NCBI RefSeq assembly: GCF_009914755.1
Contig: NC_060946.1
Length of the DNA stretch: 64,000 nucleotides
Direction: 5' to 3' (one strand)
Source: the human T2T-CHM13v2.0 reference genome, Homo sapiens
The notes under the pieces were generated by a model, which ran no database searches, was not told where the DNA came from, and saw only the letters and a list, made by a program, of their open reading frames with translations. Made by a program: the position numbers and the translations under genes. Of this stretch, positions 14,218 through 27,700 are shown in pieces. Each line of letters opens with the position of its first letter. Position 1 is the first letter of the stretch.

Positions 14218-15970
14218 TGGAAGCTGTCGGATTAGTCAAGGTGAGACTTGGCAATGTTAAGGCAATAGCAGGATGGGGTGGATATGAGAAATATGAGGGA
14301 GAGGTGCTCAGCAGTGAGGGAGAGGGCAAACCATGTTCCTGCATGAGTCTAATCCAAGGTGGACGATGACAAGAGCCAAACAGGAGGTCCAAACGTGGGG
14401 CTGTGGGCTGTAAGGAAGACAAGCAGATGACACAGAGAGATCACAGAGGCGATCGGTGGAAGAGAAACAAGAAAATTAAGAACATTTCTCAGTCTGATAA
14501 CTCCCCAGCTACAATGCGCTGGTCGTTTCTTCCAGAGTGGTGCGCCCTGCTGGGACATGGACAAGTAGCCATTCCTGCATCCCCCAGGAAAGGGCTCCTC
14601 TTTTCCATGGACACACACAGAGTCAGCTAGCCTGGTTAAATCAAGGAGCAGATGCCCTTGGGGTCTAGCCCCAGGTCTGTCCATCCTGGATATGAGTCAT
14701 GGGCCGGTCAGCCCCCTTCTCTGGGCCTCAGTTTCTCCTATGTAAAAGGAGGAGGTGGGTTTGATCTAATTACCTAATAATGGCTGACGGTGAAGGGAAC
14801 TAAGCAGAAACAAAGGTGAGGGGATTTATGGCTCTTCTAACAGAATCATGACGATGAAGGCAGGGGTGAAGGGACATCCCCTCAAGAGAGGCCAACTCAG
14901 GAGCTGAAACACATCTTTGTGTCTCCGCCATCACCTTCATCTTCTCCCACTGCAGATGAGCTTTCTCTGTGTGAAGAGCATGTGGGCCCAGGATGCTCCA
15001 GGTCCCCTAACACAACTGTCTGAGGAGGAAGGATTCAGACAGGTCCAGGCTAGATCTCATGCCCCCGCTGTGGAGGGGGTGGGGGGGTGTTACCAGGAGA
15101 AACAGTCACAGAACAGATGTGGGCTACTGTGGGATCTCTGTGGATCCCCAGATTCATGTCTGCTGTCCTCCCCAGATGCCTCCTGCCCTGACCCTAGGTG
15201 ATGCGACCTTCTCAGCCCAGCAGACTCTTCCACCTGCACTCACCTGGTGGTTACTCCTGGACAGTGCCTGGCAAAAGTGCCAGGACACTTTGGGTTACTC
15301 CTGGACAGTGCCAGCTCCTCTGAGAGGTGAGCTCCCCTTCCAAGAAGGCGGGGATGATTTTCTCACCAGTTTGCAGGTGGAGCCATCAAGCCTGAGGAGG
15401 TTAAATAGCTTGGCTGTGAGAGGTCACCAGGAAAATTGGAGGAACCTGGGTACACGCATGCCTTCTCTAATGGCAGTTTGTTCAGGGCTTGGCCCGCTGT
15501 ACTAGTTCAATGGGCTTTAGGAGGCCTTTTGCCTTCTTGGAACTTCCTGAGGAAAATGACATCCAGTTGGCATGATGCTCAAACAGGCAGATGAGTGGTG
15601 TGAGCCATGAAGACCCTCACACCCATCTCAGCTCCACCTGCCCTTCCCAGGCACCCACCTGGCAGAAGGGAAGACGGAGGAGGAAGAACACACTGACCTC
15701 AAGCTCCTGCTGGGTGCCACATTCCTACACCCTTCATCTCACACTTTAAATGTGTTTAAGGTGGCATTAAATTACACCAATAATACAACAGCCTTCTAAT
15801 AAAAAAGGTAAAACATTATGGGTAAGTCCATAAGTCACTTAGATCACTGTAACCTCCCCTGAACTCTCCTCCAGGAACCACTGTGACCATTTAGCCAACA
15901 TCATCCTGTCTTTTCTCATGCATTTACTTTCAAACATATATGTTAAATTTTTCTGGGGTTCATAACATAA

Positions 15971-16366
<396 letters not shown>

Positions 16367-18131
16367 TGACCTCTGTGTGTCTCAGTATCCTCTCCTAGAA
16401 AGTGGGGATAATAATAGCACCCTACTCCTGGGGTTGTTGTGAGACCCACACAATCAGGGGCATTGCCTGGCATGCACACACACACACACACGTATGCATG
16501 TACACATAGCAATAAAAGGGCTATGTAAGCATCAGCCATTCAGGTTGCTTTTCTGTCATTAGTATTGTGCAAATATGTTTCTTCACTCACTTAGATGTCT
16601 TAGAAATCTTTCCAGGTTAGTACTATAGGTTTGCCTCAGTCTTTTTACCTACTGTATACTGCTCCATAGCATTGATTTCTATCCTTTATTTAGCCATTCC
16701 CCTTTTGATAGACATTTAGGTTATTTCCAAATTTTAACTTGTGTGAATAATGCTGCATTAAACATCCTGGAATGGACATGCCATTATTTCATTAAATACA
16801 ACAACTTGTGAGGCAGGTTATTATGTGCCAGCTTTTGAAGAAGGGAAATTGAAGTGGGCACAGTCAAGGGGCTGAGCCAGGATTCAGCCCAAGCTGGTGT
16901 GGAGCTCATGCTTTTTCCCCTACACCAGGCTGCTGCCCCTGCCCTACCAACAGCCCCCACCTCTGAGCACCCCTTAAGTCACAACAAATGCCCTTTCTTC
17001 CACGTCACTTAAGTATGAATAGATCCTTGTCCTAAAAACATTGTGGGGCTCCTTACCCATCCCCTGGCTACTGAGGTCCTCTTTTCAAAGAAAGAAAAGG
17101 GAGAGGCAGGTTTTGGAAAACGCAAAATCATTTGAAAACCACACTGAATTGTGTGTTTCCAACTCAGCATCCCCCACTCTCTCCCCAGTTAGGAACCTAC
17201 AAATCACATTTTCCAGCATCTCTTTGCCCATGTGGTTCTGGGTTTGAGTCTGTCACTGAGGGGAACTGGCACAAGATTTGAAAGGCGGAAGTGAAGGAGA
17301 AGCCATCATTCTCAAAGAGTAGCTGCTTGGGAACTGCTGGTTTTGCTGCTTCCAACCAAAGCACTTGGAAGGAGCTTCTAGAGATCCTCAAGCGTTGCAG
17401 CAACTTCCTGCAGGCTTGTGAGAACCACCAGCTTCAATACTTCAGGCCCAGGTTCCTGGCCGTGTCAATGTCCCTGGATTTTGGCAGCAGCTCCTCTAAC
17501 CTCTGACACCCCGGATCTTCCAGCCATTCTGTCAGCCCCTGTTTCCCGCAGTCCCATAAGCCCCTATAACCTTCATGCCTGGAACGCAGAGAGGTTCCTG
17601 TTTTTCTAACCAAACTCTGACTGATATAAAAGTTAATGCCAAAAAAGAACATTGACTTTTGACTAGACTATTGATTTATGAAAAGTGTTGAAACTTTAGA
17701 AAGAGGTTTCTTTATGTTCTATTATTCCCCAGAAGGGCCATGATCCAGAAATGAGCTGAATTCATAACGCGTGTCAAAAAGGGAGCTGAGCTTTGGGGAC
17801 AAACTTGCAAGTGACCGTGACTGGCAGGCGAATGGTGACCCAGACTGGGCCCCCCCAACCAGAACTGTCTCTGGACCATTTTGTCTTTGGAATCCCATTT
17901 TAGGAAAATTGAGGGATGCACAACATAGCTCTTCTTCAGAGGGTGCAGGAGAAGCAGGGAGAGGGATGAAGGCAGGGAAGGAAGACAAGACCCACTCTGA
18001 CCACACAGCTGACCTCCACCCAGACTGCCCCCAGCTCTCATGCTGGATTGGCCTAGGAAGCCCTAACAATAGGCTATGTCTCCCGCCAGCAGCTTGGCCT
18101 CCCAGGAATGACTCACTCCACCCCTATTAGG

Positions 18132-18555
18132 TGTGGCAGGCTGGAAAATGGCCCCCAGAAGATACCAAATCCCTGGAACTTGTAGATGCACCTTATTTGA
18201 AAATAGGGGTTGTGCAAATGTTATTAAGTAGAGGATCTTGAGAAGAGGAGATTATCCTGGATTATCCTGGTGGGCCCCAAATCTAAAGATTTCAGACAGA
18301 CACACAGAAGAGAAGACAATATGAAGATGGAGGCAGAGATTGAAATGTTGCGGCCACTTAGCCCAGAAGCATCAAAGTCGCCAGCAGCCACCAGAAACTA
18401 GGAGAGAGGCACAGAATGCTGTCTCCCCAGAGCCTCCGGAGGGAGCACAACCCTGCCGGCACCTTGATTTCAGACTCTGGCCTCCAAAGCTATGAGAAAA
18501 TAAATTTCTGTTGTTTTAATCCACCAAGTTTTGAGTGGCATAGGAAGCTAATACA
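18132..18555 (+). mobile_element. MaLR solo LTR (MLT1C-like)
   Basis: TG...CA ends (tgtggcagg...ctaataca); gagattatcctggattat, gatggaggcagagattg, aataaatttctgttg. Confidence 0.85.
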
Positions 18556-18602
18556 GGAGTATATACTGGAGGGACTTGAAGACCCTCTGGTCAATAATCT
18601 TT

Positions 18603-18882
18603 TGTTTGTTTGTTTGTTTTTGAGACAGAGTTTCGCTCTTTCACCCAGGCTGGAGTGAAGTGGCACAAACTCGGCTCACTGCAGCCTCCCCACCGTGCCC
18701 CATGGGTTCAAGCGATTCTCCTGCCTGAGCCTGGAGAATTGCCTGGGTTATTTTTGTATTTTTAGTAGAGTCAGGTTTTACCATGTTGGCCAGGCTGGTC
18801 TCGAACTCCTGATCTCAGATGATCCACCCGCCTTGGCCTCCCAAAATGCTAGGATTACAGGCGTGAGCCACCGCACCCAGCC
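18603..18882 (-). mobile_element. AluS SINE with internal deletion
   Basis: Reverse Alu lacking part of the right arm near 18730-18750; 16-bp TSD ctggtcaataatcttt (18587-18602, 18882-18897). Confidence 0.92.
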
Positions 18883-19242
18883 TGGTCAATAATCTTTAAA
18901 CCCTGCTCCTCAGAGGGCTTTTGGGGGCATCTTCAGGCAGGATTACGTAGGACAAGTAGGTCAGACTCCAGGCCAGCCATCCCTCATGGAGCAGAGCAGC
19001 TCCCCCGCAATCTCCTCTACATATTGGGCAGTGAAGTAAGATTAAGTAAGAACAAGTGATGGGGAACTGCGGGGAAGCAATTGTGGAGGGGCTGCAGGTG
19101 AGTTTTCAAGCCAAATATCCAACTGGTCCCTTCAGTTTTCCGTTTTCTCAGACAGACGGAGTGACTTGCCGCTGGTCATACAAGTTAGTAACAGAGCAGC
19201 AATCAGAACCTGGGTCTCCAGTCTACACTGCAGCACACAAGC

Positions 19243-19430
19243 CCACACTGAACAATTGCACAGCGCCAAGGACTGGGATTGGAAGGGACTGCAGGAGGAT
19301 ACTTTATCTGTCTCCTGCCCTCTGATTAGATGGTGGGAAGGTTTTAACTTAGGTAACTTTGCTGAAAAGGAGCTGCAGCATCTGCTGACCAGCTGTCGTG
19401 GCTTCTCCTAAGCAAGGTCTCTTCCCTTGG
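19243..19430 (+). repeat. Local duplication A, copy 1 (partner 21014-21199, same orientation)
   Basis: Aligns by eye to 21014-21199 with ~30 differences in ~188 bp (~84%). Confidence 0.9.
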
Positions 19431-19530
19431 CTGGCTGTGCAGGCAGTTGATCAGCTTCTCTCAAAGGTCTGTGAACAGGAAGCCTGGAAACTCAGGTGAC
19501 CCAGGTCATTGACATGCAGGAATCAGCTTG

Positions 19531-19588
19531 CTTCTTGGATTGGGCTCACTAGAAACTGACCCTGAGATGGAGATGTGAATGCAGGCAG
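19531..19588 (-). mobile_element. LTR33-like ERVL LTR, 3' terminal fragment
   Basis: tcttggattgggctcactagaaactgaccctgagatggagatgtgaatgcagg matches the reverse of the LTR33/LTR16-type 3' end as recalled. Confidence 0.55.
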
Positions 19589-19599
19589 AGCTGATAGCA

Positions 19600-19792
19600 C
19601 TGGCCCCACTGCAGGAAGCCAGACCTGCTGGGGCAAGCCAGGGGCTTCCCACCCAGTCGCTGGCACAAACCCAGGACCCCAGTTCAGAAGCAGCAGAGTG
19701 GTACAAGCAGCCCTGTCCTGAATGTCTAGAGTCCTGGGTTGGAGGGGACTCGGTGGGTGCAGTGGGTGTCCTGGGGCTTGTCACTTGTCAGC
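19600..19792 (+). repeat. Inverted repeat B, left arm (partner 21292-21484)
   Basis: 193 bp; reverse complement of 21292-21484 with 7 substitutions and no indels (~96%). Confidence 0.97.
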
Positions 19793-20737
19793 TCTGGGCA
19801 CCCCCCCATTTGTGGAACAGAGGGGCTCTGCCCCCTGCTCCCTAACCCCCTTCCAGCTGGCATTCTGCAAGGGGGCTGCCAAGCTACCACATCTGGCCAT
19901 AATCTCCAGCTGTCATAGAGGAATAAAAATAGCAGCATGACAGACGATGACAGCTTTGGATGTTTCCCCTGCCTTTTTTGTGCATGTCAATTTCTTTTCT
20001 CCCAAGTTAGGGAAAGATTCCTTGATACAATCAGGATTATCTCATAATGCTTAATGAAGGGCCTCCTGGCGCCTCGGCCACAGATTACTCTAAGCTCTTG
20101 CTAACCCACTGAAAGGATGATAGAAATTGGCACAGGTACAAACCACCCGCTCCTTGTGCAGGGCCGTCAGAGCAGGGCATGCGAGGACTTCAGCAGATCC
20201 AGTAGGCCTACTGCTATGGCCTTGTGTGGTGAGGCAGATGTTCAAAAAGAGGATGGAGCTGAGTCTCTGCTGCTTACTCACGTATCCAGTGAGACAGGCA
20301 CTGTCACAAAGAACACCGGGGGTCCCATCCCAGTTCGGTCTCATTCCAGAACTGACTGTGTGCTGGGGAATAAGCAACTCCTCTAAGCAGGGCCTCCTCT
20401 GGAAAATGAGGGAGTAAGTTTTCTTCTGCAGGTCAGTGTTGTTTGACTGGCTGCCTGAAGGTCATGCTGAGAAGGGTTTGGAGGCTACACGGGACTCTTC
20501 AGAGAATGGCTGTGCTCCACTGGGGATGTCTGCTATGGCCAAGACTGGGACGGTGGCCATATACATGCCACTAGACCTCTCTGGACTATATGAACTCTAA
20601 GGCTCATCCCAACTCTGGTATCTTATTAAATCTTATAGATATTCATCCTATGATCAAAACAGCCATAATATTCTCCTTACTGTGGCTTCTTGCCAAGTCC
20701 TTCAAATCATCTTTTTCTATCAAAGGTGGTGAATGTA

Positions 20738-20960
20738 TGTAGTGGACACTCTTGTGTGCTACCCAGCTCTCTCCTTTAGGATTGGGGTTCTCTCTTCTTT
20801 CCCCCAGCTGCCAGGATTGGGGATGGCTCATGACCCCTTTCCTGGAATTGCACTGGGTTGAAGGGAGTGGCTTTGTCTTAGGTCATGCCTGCCCCCTTCC
20901 CCAAGGGGATATCTGTATCCAGTGACTGGTCTATTTAGGAACACAATGTGGGACAACTTT
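20738..20960 (+). mobile_element. LTR33-like ERVL LTR, 5' fragment
   Basis: Starts TGTAGTGG; cccccagctgc, atccagtgactggtc and tgggacaact motifs as in LTR33. Confidence 0.6.
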
Positions 20961-21013
20961 CTCCCAAGTTTCGACAGTTAAAGTCTGTCCCAACTCTATA
21001 GCAACTAGAAACT

Positions 21014-21199
21014 CCACACTGCACAATTTCACAGCACCAAGGACTAGGGCTGGAAGGGACTGCAGGAGGTTATGTCATCTGTCCCCTGCCCTCTGATTCG
21101 ATGGTGGGAAGGTGGTAACTTACGTAACAGGCGAGAAGGAACAGTGGCATGTATTGACCAGCTGTCGTGGCTTCCCATAAGCAAAGTCTCTTCCCTTGG
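21014..21199 (+). repeat. Local duplication A, copy 2
   Basis: ~84% identical to 19243-19430; sits between the 5' and middle LTR33-like fragments. Confidence 0.9.
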
Positions 21200-21296
21200 T
21201 AGAACTGAGCTTCTGTTTATTACATCATTAATTGCATCGCGGCTCATCTTTTCCCTTTCCCCAGTCCTGTATCTTTCACTCTCTTATAAATGCTGA
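21200..21296 (+). mobile_element. LTR33-like ERVL LTR, middle fragment
   Basis: tgcatcgcggctcatcttttccctttccccagtcctgtatctttcactc resembles LTR33 tgcatcgcagctcaacttctccctctgcccaatcctgcttccttcactc (recalled). Confidence 0.55.
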
Positions 21297-21484
21297 CAAG
21301 TGACAAGCCTCAGGACACCCGCTGCACCCACGGAGTCCCCTCCAACCCAGGACTCTAGACATTCAGGACAGGGCTGCTTGTACCACTCTGCTGCCTCTGA
21401 ACTGGGGTCCTGGATTTGTGCCAGTGACCGGGTGGGAAGCCCCTGGCTTGCCCCAGCAGGTCTGGCTTCCTGCAGTGGGGCCAG
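21292..21484 (-). repeat. Inverted repeat B, right arm
   Basis: Reverse complement of 19600-19792, 186/193 identical. Confidence 0.97.
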
Positions 21485-21704
21485 AAATATGAGCTCTGGC
21501 TCCCCCTGGTGGCAAGACCAGAAACGAGCTCAGCGTGACTGTCCAGTGTCAAAGATGTGGGAGGAAGCAGCGGAGAAACCAAAGGAGGAGGAAGACGCCA
21601 CCATCACTGTCCCCAGCCATGCAGCCTAAAAGTCACTATCCCTTCCTCTCTTAGAGTCTTTTGGTTCAGTTTCCGCCCCCATCATAGTAACAGAAGGGGC
21701 CTTG

Positions 21705-22072
21705 GGCCCAGTTGCAGCTAAATTTTGTCCCCGTGAAAGTTCGTATGTTGAAGCCCTAAATCCCAGTACCTCGGAATGCGACTGTATTTGAAGATAGCGC
21801 CTTCAAAGGGGTAGTTAAGGTAGAGTGAGGTAATGACAGTGCGCACTAACCAACGTGCCTGGTATCCTTATTAGAAGAGGAGATTAGAACACAGACACGC
21901 ACAGGAGGGAGACCACATGGGGACCCGGGGAGAAGACAGCCTTCTACAGCCAAGAGAGGTCTCAGAAGAAAGCTGCCCTGATGATCTTCCAGAACTGTGA
22001 GAAGTGAATTTCTATTCTTTAAGCCGCCTAGTGTGCGGTACTCTGTTTTGGCCGCCCCAGCTGATTCATCGA
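21705..22072 (+). mobile_element. MaLR solo LTR (MLT1A/B-like)
   Basis: tatgttgaagccctaaatcccagtacctcggaatgcgactgtatttgaagatag ... cttccagaactgtgaga. Confidence 0.85.
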
Positions 22073-22626
22073 CCCCTAGTCCTTTCCCTTCCTGGCCTCC
22101 TGGCCCGCTTCTCCCCTCCCTCTCCCCTGCCTCACTCCCTCTTTCTCTCCATATCTGAAGATACCTCCTTTGCTCATTTATTCTCCAGATATTTACTGAG
22201 CCCAACGATGGACTCATTCTTAGAGACAGAGAAATGAATAAGAACTTTTATTCACCAGTAAATATTTACTGAGCACCTAGTAAGTACCAGGCTCTGCTGT
22301 AGGCACTGGGTTATGATGACACAAGGCAGGCATGATCCTCAAGGTGCAGTCGGCATGGGTGGGGTTGGGGGGACTGACATGCACGTGTCCAGCCTGTCTT
22401 CCACTGAGCACTGGGTGCAAACCCCATACGGAATAAGGCAGAACCCAACTCCCACAGAGTGGGGAAAAAAAGAACCCAGGAAGCCAGTAAATAGAGGTGA
22501 AGTTTGTGCTAAGCTTTGAAGGATGAGGAGGAGTTCTCTCTCTCCCTCTTGTTCTCCATAAAAGTCTATCACTAAGCAATGCTCAGTGAATATATGTTGA
22601 CCACATGAGCAGAGAAATAGGATTAG

Positions 22627-23581
<955 letters not shown>

Positions 23582-24044
23582 TTAGGATGCACGTCTAGTT
23601 GATGAAGGGAGGGGAGACACAGGTGAGGGACAGGCAGGCAGCTGCAGGAAGAAGAAAAAGAGACTTGCCCCAGAGGTGTGAGTACTCCCCAAGCTGACAT
23701 CTGTTCTGATCTGAAAGTTAATTATGATATTTGATATTAAGTAGGATTTTTGATCCTACTTAATAATTACAACAGAACCCAAAGTGTGAGATAACACTGA
23801 ATCATTAAATGGGATTTAATTATTCTCCCAACTCTCAGGAATTAAGGGACTTCGGAGGAAATGCATGTTTTCACATAACAAAGCACGTGTTCCCCTCCTA
23901 ATTCCTCCAATCTCTCAAGGCAGAAGGCAAAGGGCCAAGATGGCAGCACATGTAGCACAGTGGCTACAGGTATCCTATCTGTGCAAAGGGTCTAGGTGTT
24001 CCACTGGGTTTGGAGTATTCCCAGCAGTCAGGGTGGTAGATGTG

Positions 24045-24615
24045 TTCATTCAGCCATTCATTCACTCAACAGAAATTCATGGAGTGCCTACTGCTATGTG
24101 CCAGGCATTGCTCGTTCTAGGCCTTAGGGAGACAAGGTGGGCAAGGCAGACAAAATCCCCCCTCAAATGCTGATTACACTCTAGTCGTGGAGACTAGACT
24201 AATAAACAAGTGGAATATTGGACAATGAGAAGTGCTATGCAGAGGATTTCAATAAGGTGTTGTGTCGAGAGGGGCTGGCTAGATGGCCACTTCAGACCAC
24301 ATGGCCCAAGACAGGCTCATTTGGGAGGTGACAGGTAAATGGAGGTCTGAATGAAAAGAAAGAGCCAGCGCTCCTAAAGCAAGCTCAGGGGCAGCAAATG
24401 CAATGATCCTAAGGTGGGAATGAGGGACAGAGAGTAAGAGGGGGTGGGATGAGTGAGGGGTAAGCAGGACCCCCTGCATAGGAGCAGGCAGCAGAAGAGC
24501 CTTGCAGCTCAGATAAGGAATTGGGTTTAATTTTAAGGGAAAAGGGAAACTGCTGGAGAGTTTTAAGGGGTGGGTGGAGTCATACACTGATTTTTTACTT
24601 TAAAATATCACTCTG
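24045..24615 (-). mobile_element. L2 LINE 3' remnant
   Basis: (CATT)n-type L2 tail, gagtgcctact...tgtgccaggc, ends aaaatatcactctgg. Confidence 0.75.
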
Positions 24616-24912
<297 letters not shown>

Positions 24913-26639
24913 TTACTCTGGCTACAGTGTCGAGAGTGGGACAGAAGCTGGAGCTGGGAAAACAGAGAGGAGACCTCTGCAGCTGAGACGATGTTGGTGT
25001 CAACAGCTATCTACCCTGCTGCAAAAAATTACCCTTTATCTCCTCGTAATGGCCAAATCCCCAGTCGCCCCTCATTTTTTACAGTACTCTGCAGCTTAGA
25101 AGGTGCTTTTGCTTTATATGACATTTGATTTTGATGCTTATAATAAACCGGAGAGACAGACACTATCATCCCCGTCTCAAGGGCTCAGAGAGATTGAGTG
25201 ACCTGTCCCAAGAAATGCAGCCAGTGAGTGGCAGAGCCAGAGACTGGAAGAATATCAGTCCCTGATCTGAGAGACAGCTAAAAAATAAAAAAAGCTTTGG
25301 GAGACAGTGTGATGTCTAGACCTGCACTGCCCAGTAGCAAGTTTTTCTGGACAAAAGGAGAGAACTTTTACAGCCTCAGATCTTTGTGCCTACACTTTTT
25401 AAAGAAGTCCGCAGTACAAACTAGACACTGAATCTAACAAGGTGCTCCATGCTCAGGACATTTCTGGAGCCAAGGTGCAGAGGCAGAATGGACACAGGCT
25501 TTGTAGTCAAAGATCCTCAGAGAGGATTCCAAGTCAGTCACCTCCCACCTGGACCCTCTGTCTCCTCAACAACAAGGTAAGTTAACCTGGCTTTGAGGAT
25601 GTCTACAGGGCCTGAGGCACCTTCTTTGAATCTTCTCTGTTGGGGACATCTTTATCCTTAAGATTACTTTGAATTTTTTTTAAACATTCCAGAGCCACTG
25701 GGAGTAAGGGAATACATGGGTGCGGACAGAGGGGATGCTATTTGAAATCCAAAACATTTGTGCCATTTGCAACTCAAAGCCTGGCTGGCTGAGCCGCTCC
25801 TGGCTCCTCGCGCCTCTTCTTCGCAGGCATCCCACTGCTCCAGCCATTTGGTCCTCGGCCCAGGCAATACCCCCACCTAGTGGCTACTTTCTCCTCTCTC
25901 TCCAGGACTGGCGAAGAGTCAGGTTGACAATGAGACTTCTTATCGGGCAAACAAATCACCTGGCGGTCTTGTTAAAAAGCCGATGGGGATGGGGCCTGAG
26001 ATTCTGCATTTCCAAGGAGCTCCCAGCAAATCCTGCTACTGTATATCCTCAGACCCCACTTTGAGGGGTGAGGAAAATGGAATTTCTGAGCTGTGCTGAC
26101 CAGTTGCCAATTTACAAGGGCTCATCTACGCTGCTTTTGTGTGGTCAGTGGTTCCAGTGTGCCCAGCTTCCCCTTGATCTAACCCAAAGAAATAGAGTCA
26201 GAATGGGTAAAACATGAGGAAAAGCTTTCAGTATTACCAAAAAATTGCATATAGGAACAGTATCTGCACAAGCTACTAGACACAGGGCCAGGTACTCAGG
26301 ATGCAAAGGACAAGGTGCTCCAGGTGGTTGGTGGTCGTGGAGAACCGTGAAAGTTGATTCCTGCACACGCTTAAGAACAGCGACTATTTCCAGAAAACCC
26401 AGTAGGAGGCAGTAGAGGGATGGTGGGGCAGAACAACTCTGGGGTCAGCATTCAAAGACAAAAATTCTCATCCTGGTTGTGCCATTACTGGGTTGCATGA
26501 CCTCAAGTAAATGAATCCTCCTCTCTGGTCCTCAATTGTTAATAAATAAATAAATAAACAGGGAGGAGGGGTTGGGGTGCTGGCTGACATCATCTCCAAG
26601 GCATTTTCCAGTAATAAGATTTCAAAATTCTCAAGAGGC

Positions 26640-26880
26640 AGGCTGCGGACATAGTGGTTAGGCACACAGACAGCTGGACTGCCTGGGTTTGCAGCTGGTC
26701 TCTACCACTCGCTAGCTCTGTGACCTTGGCCAAGTTACTTAACCTCTCTGTGCCTCAGTTTCCTGATCTGTTAAAAAGAAGAAGAGTCCCTACTTTATAA
26801 GGCTCTTAGAAAGACTACGTGAATTGATGTGTAAAATATGTAAAACACTACCTGGTCCTCCTAAGTATATAACGTGAGGT
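26640..26880 (+). mobile_element. MIR SINE
   Basis: ctgtgtgaccttggccaagttacttaacctctctgtgcctcagtttcc. Confidence 0.85.
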
Positions 26881-27037
26881 GCTCTTAAGTCCTTATCAGT
26901 CCTTTAAAAACCTCATTAAGCCATGCCGACTGAGAGGAATTCTAAAATGGTGACATGACGATTCTAGATTTTGGAATACTTTGAAAGCGAGGTAGTTTTA
27001 AAGTGCCCAGCATACATCCTTTCCTTGTCCCATTTTT

Positions 27038-27097
27038 CTGGCAACAGAGCGGCTTTTCAGGAAAATCCCATCCATCCATGCCAGCCTGAACAATACC

Positions 27098-27141
<44 letters not shown>

Positions 27142-27198
27142 GCAACAGAGCGGCTTTTCAGGAAAATCCCATCCATCCATGCCAGCCTGAACAATACC

Positions 27199-27237
<39 letters not shown>

Positions 27238-27250
27238 CTCTCTCTCTCTC
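27038..27250. repeat. 101-bp-period tandem duplication containing (AC)n microsatellites, then (TC)8
   Basis: Identical 62-bp unique unit at 27038 and 27139, followed by (AC)20 (last C shared with copy 2) and (AC)17. Confidence 0.97.
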
Positions 27251-27254
27251 TTAC

Positions 27255-27700
27255 TTTTCAAGGAATAGCCGTGTGACCAAGTTTTGGCCAATCAGAGCTC
27301 TCCGTACCCCAGGTTCAGTGATTGGTTCAGGAGTGGGCACATGACCCAGCCCAGGCCAATCAAAGGAATCTCTGGGGCTTTTGCTAAAAACACTAGAAAA
27401 CGGAGATATTCTTTTCTCTTTTCTCTGGGATCAGTAACTATGCAAAACATATCATTGTGGAGCTACCTGGTCATCCTAGCTGCTACAGGAAGAGTGCCTG
27501 CCTGAGAATGGGATCAATACAGAAGAAAGATTAGCCAAAGGGTGGAAAGAGACGGAGTTCCGAGGGCATGATTTGACTTCCTGGATCCAGGCACACCAGA
27601 CTCCAGACACCCAAACTTCTGAGTTATACAGCCCAGTCATTTCTTTTTTATTTATTGAGCTGGGTTTCTCTCACCTGAAACTTGACTAAAGAGTCCTAAG
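27255..27700 (+). mobile_element. Old MaLR LTR remnant (MLT1J/K/L-like)
   Basis: gtgattggttcaggagtgggcacatgacccagccc...ccaatca; cctgcctgagaatg; cctggatccag. Confidence 0.55.

Noticed and set aside
21285-21290. TATAAA just before the right inverted-repeat arm
   Set aside because: A lone hexamer inside a decayed LTR fragment with no other promoter evidence.
19506-21629. Two ORFs with near-identical peptides (TESPPTQDSRHSGQGCLYHSAASELGSW) as a paralogous gene pair
   Set aside because: The shared peptide is a by-product of the 193-bp inverted repeat; both start at GTG and resemble no protein I recognise.
25570-25582. Consensus donor CAAG|GTAAGT (also CAG|GTGAGT near 19098)
   Set aside because: Isolated donor matches are expected by chance in 64 kb; no convincing paired acceptor.
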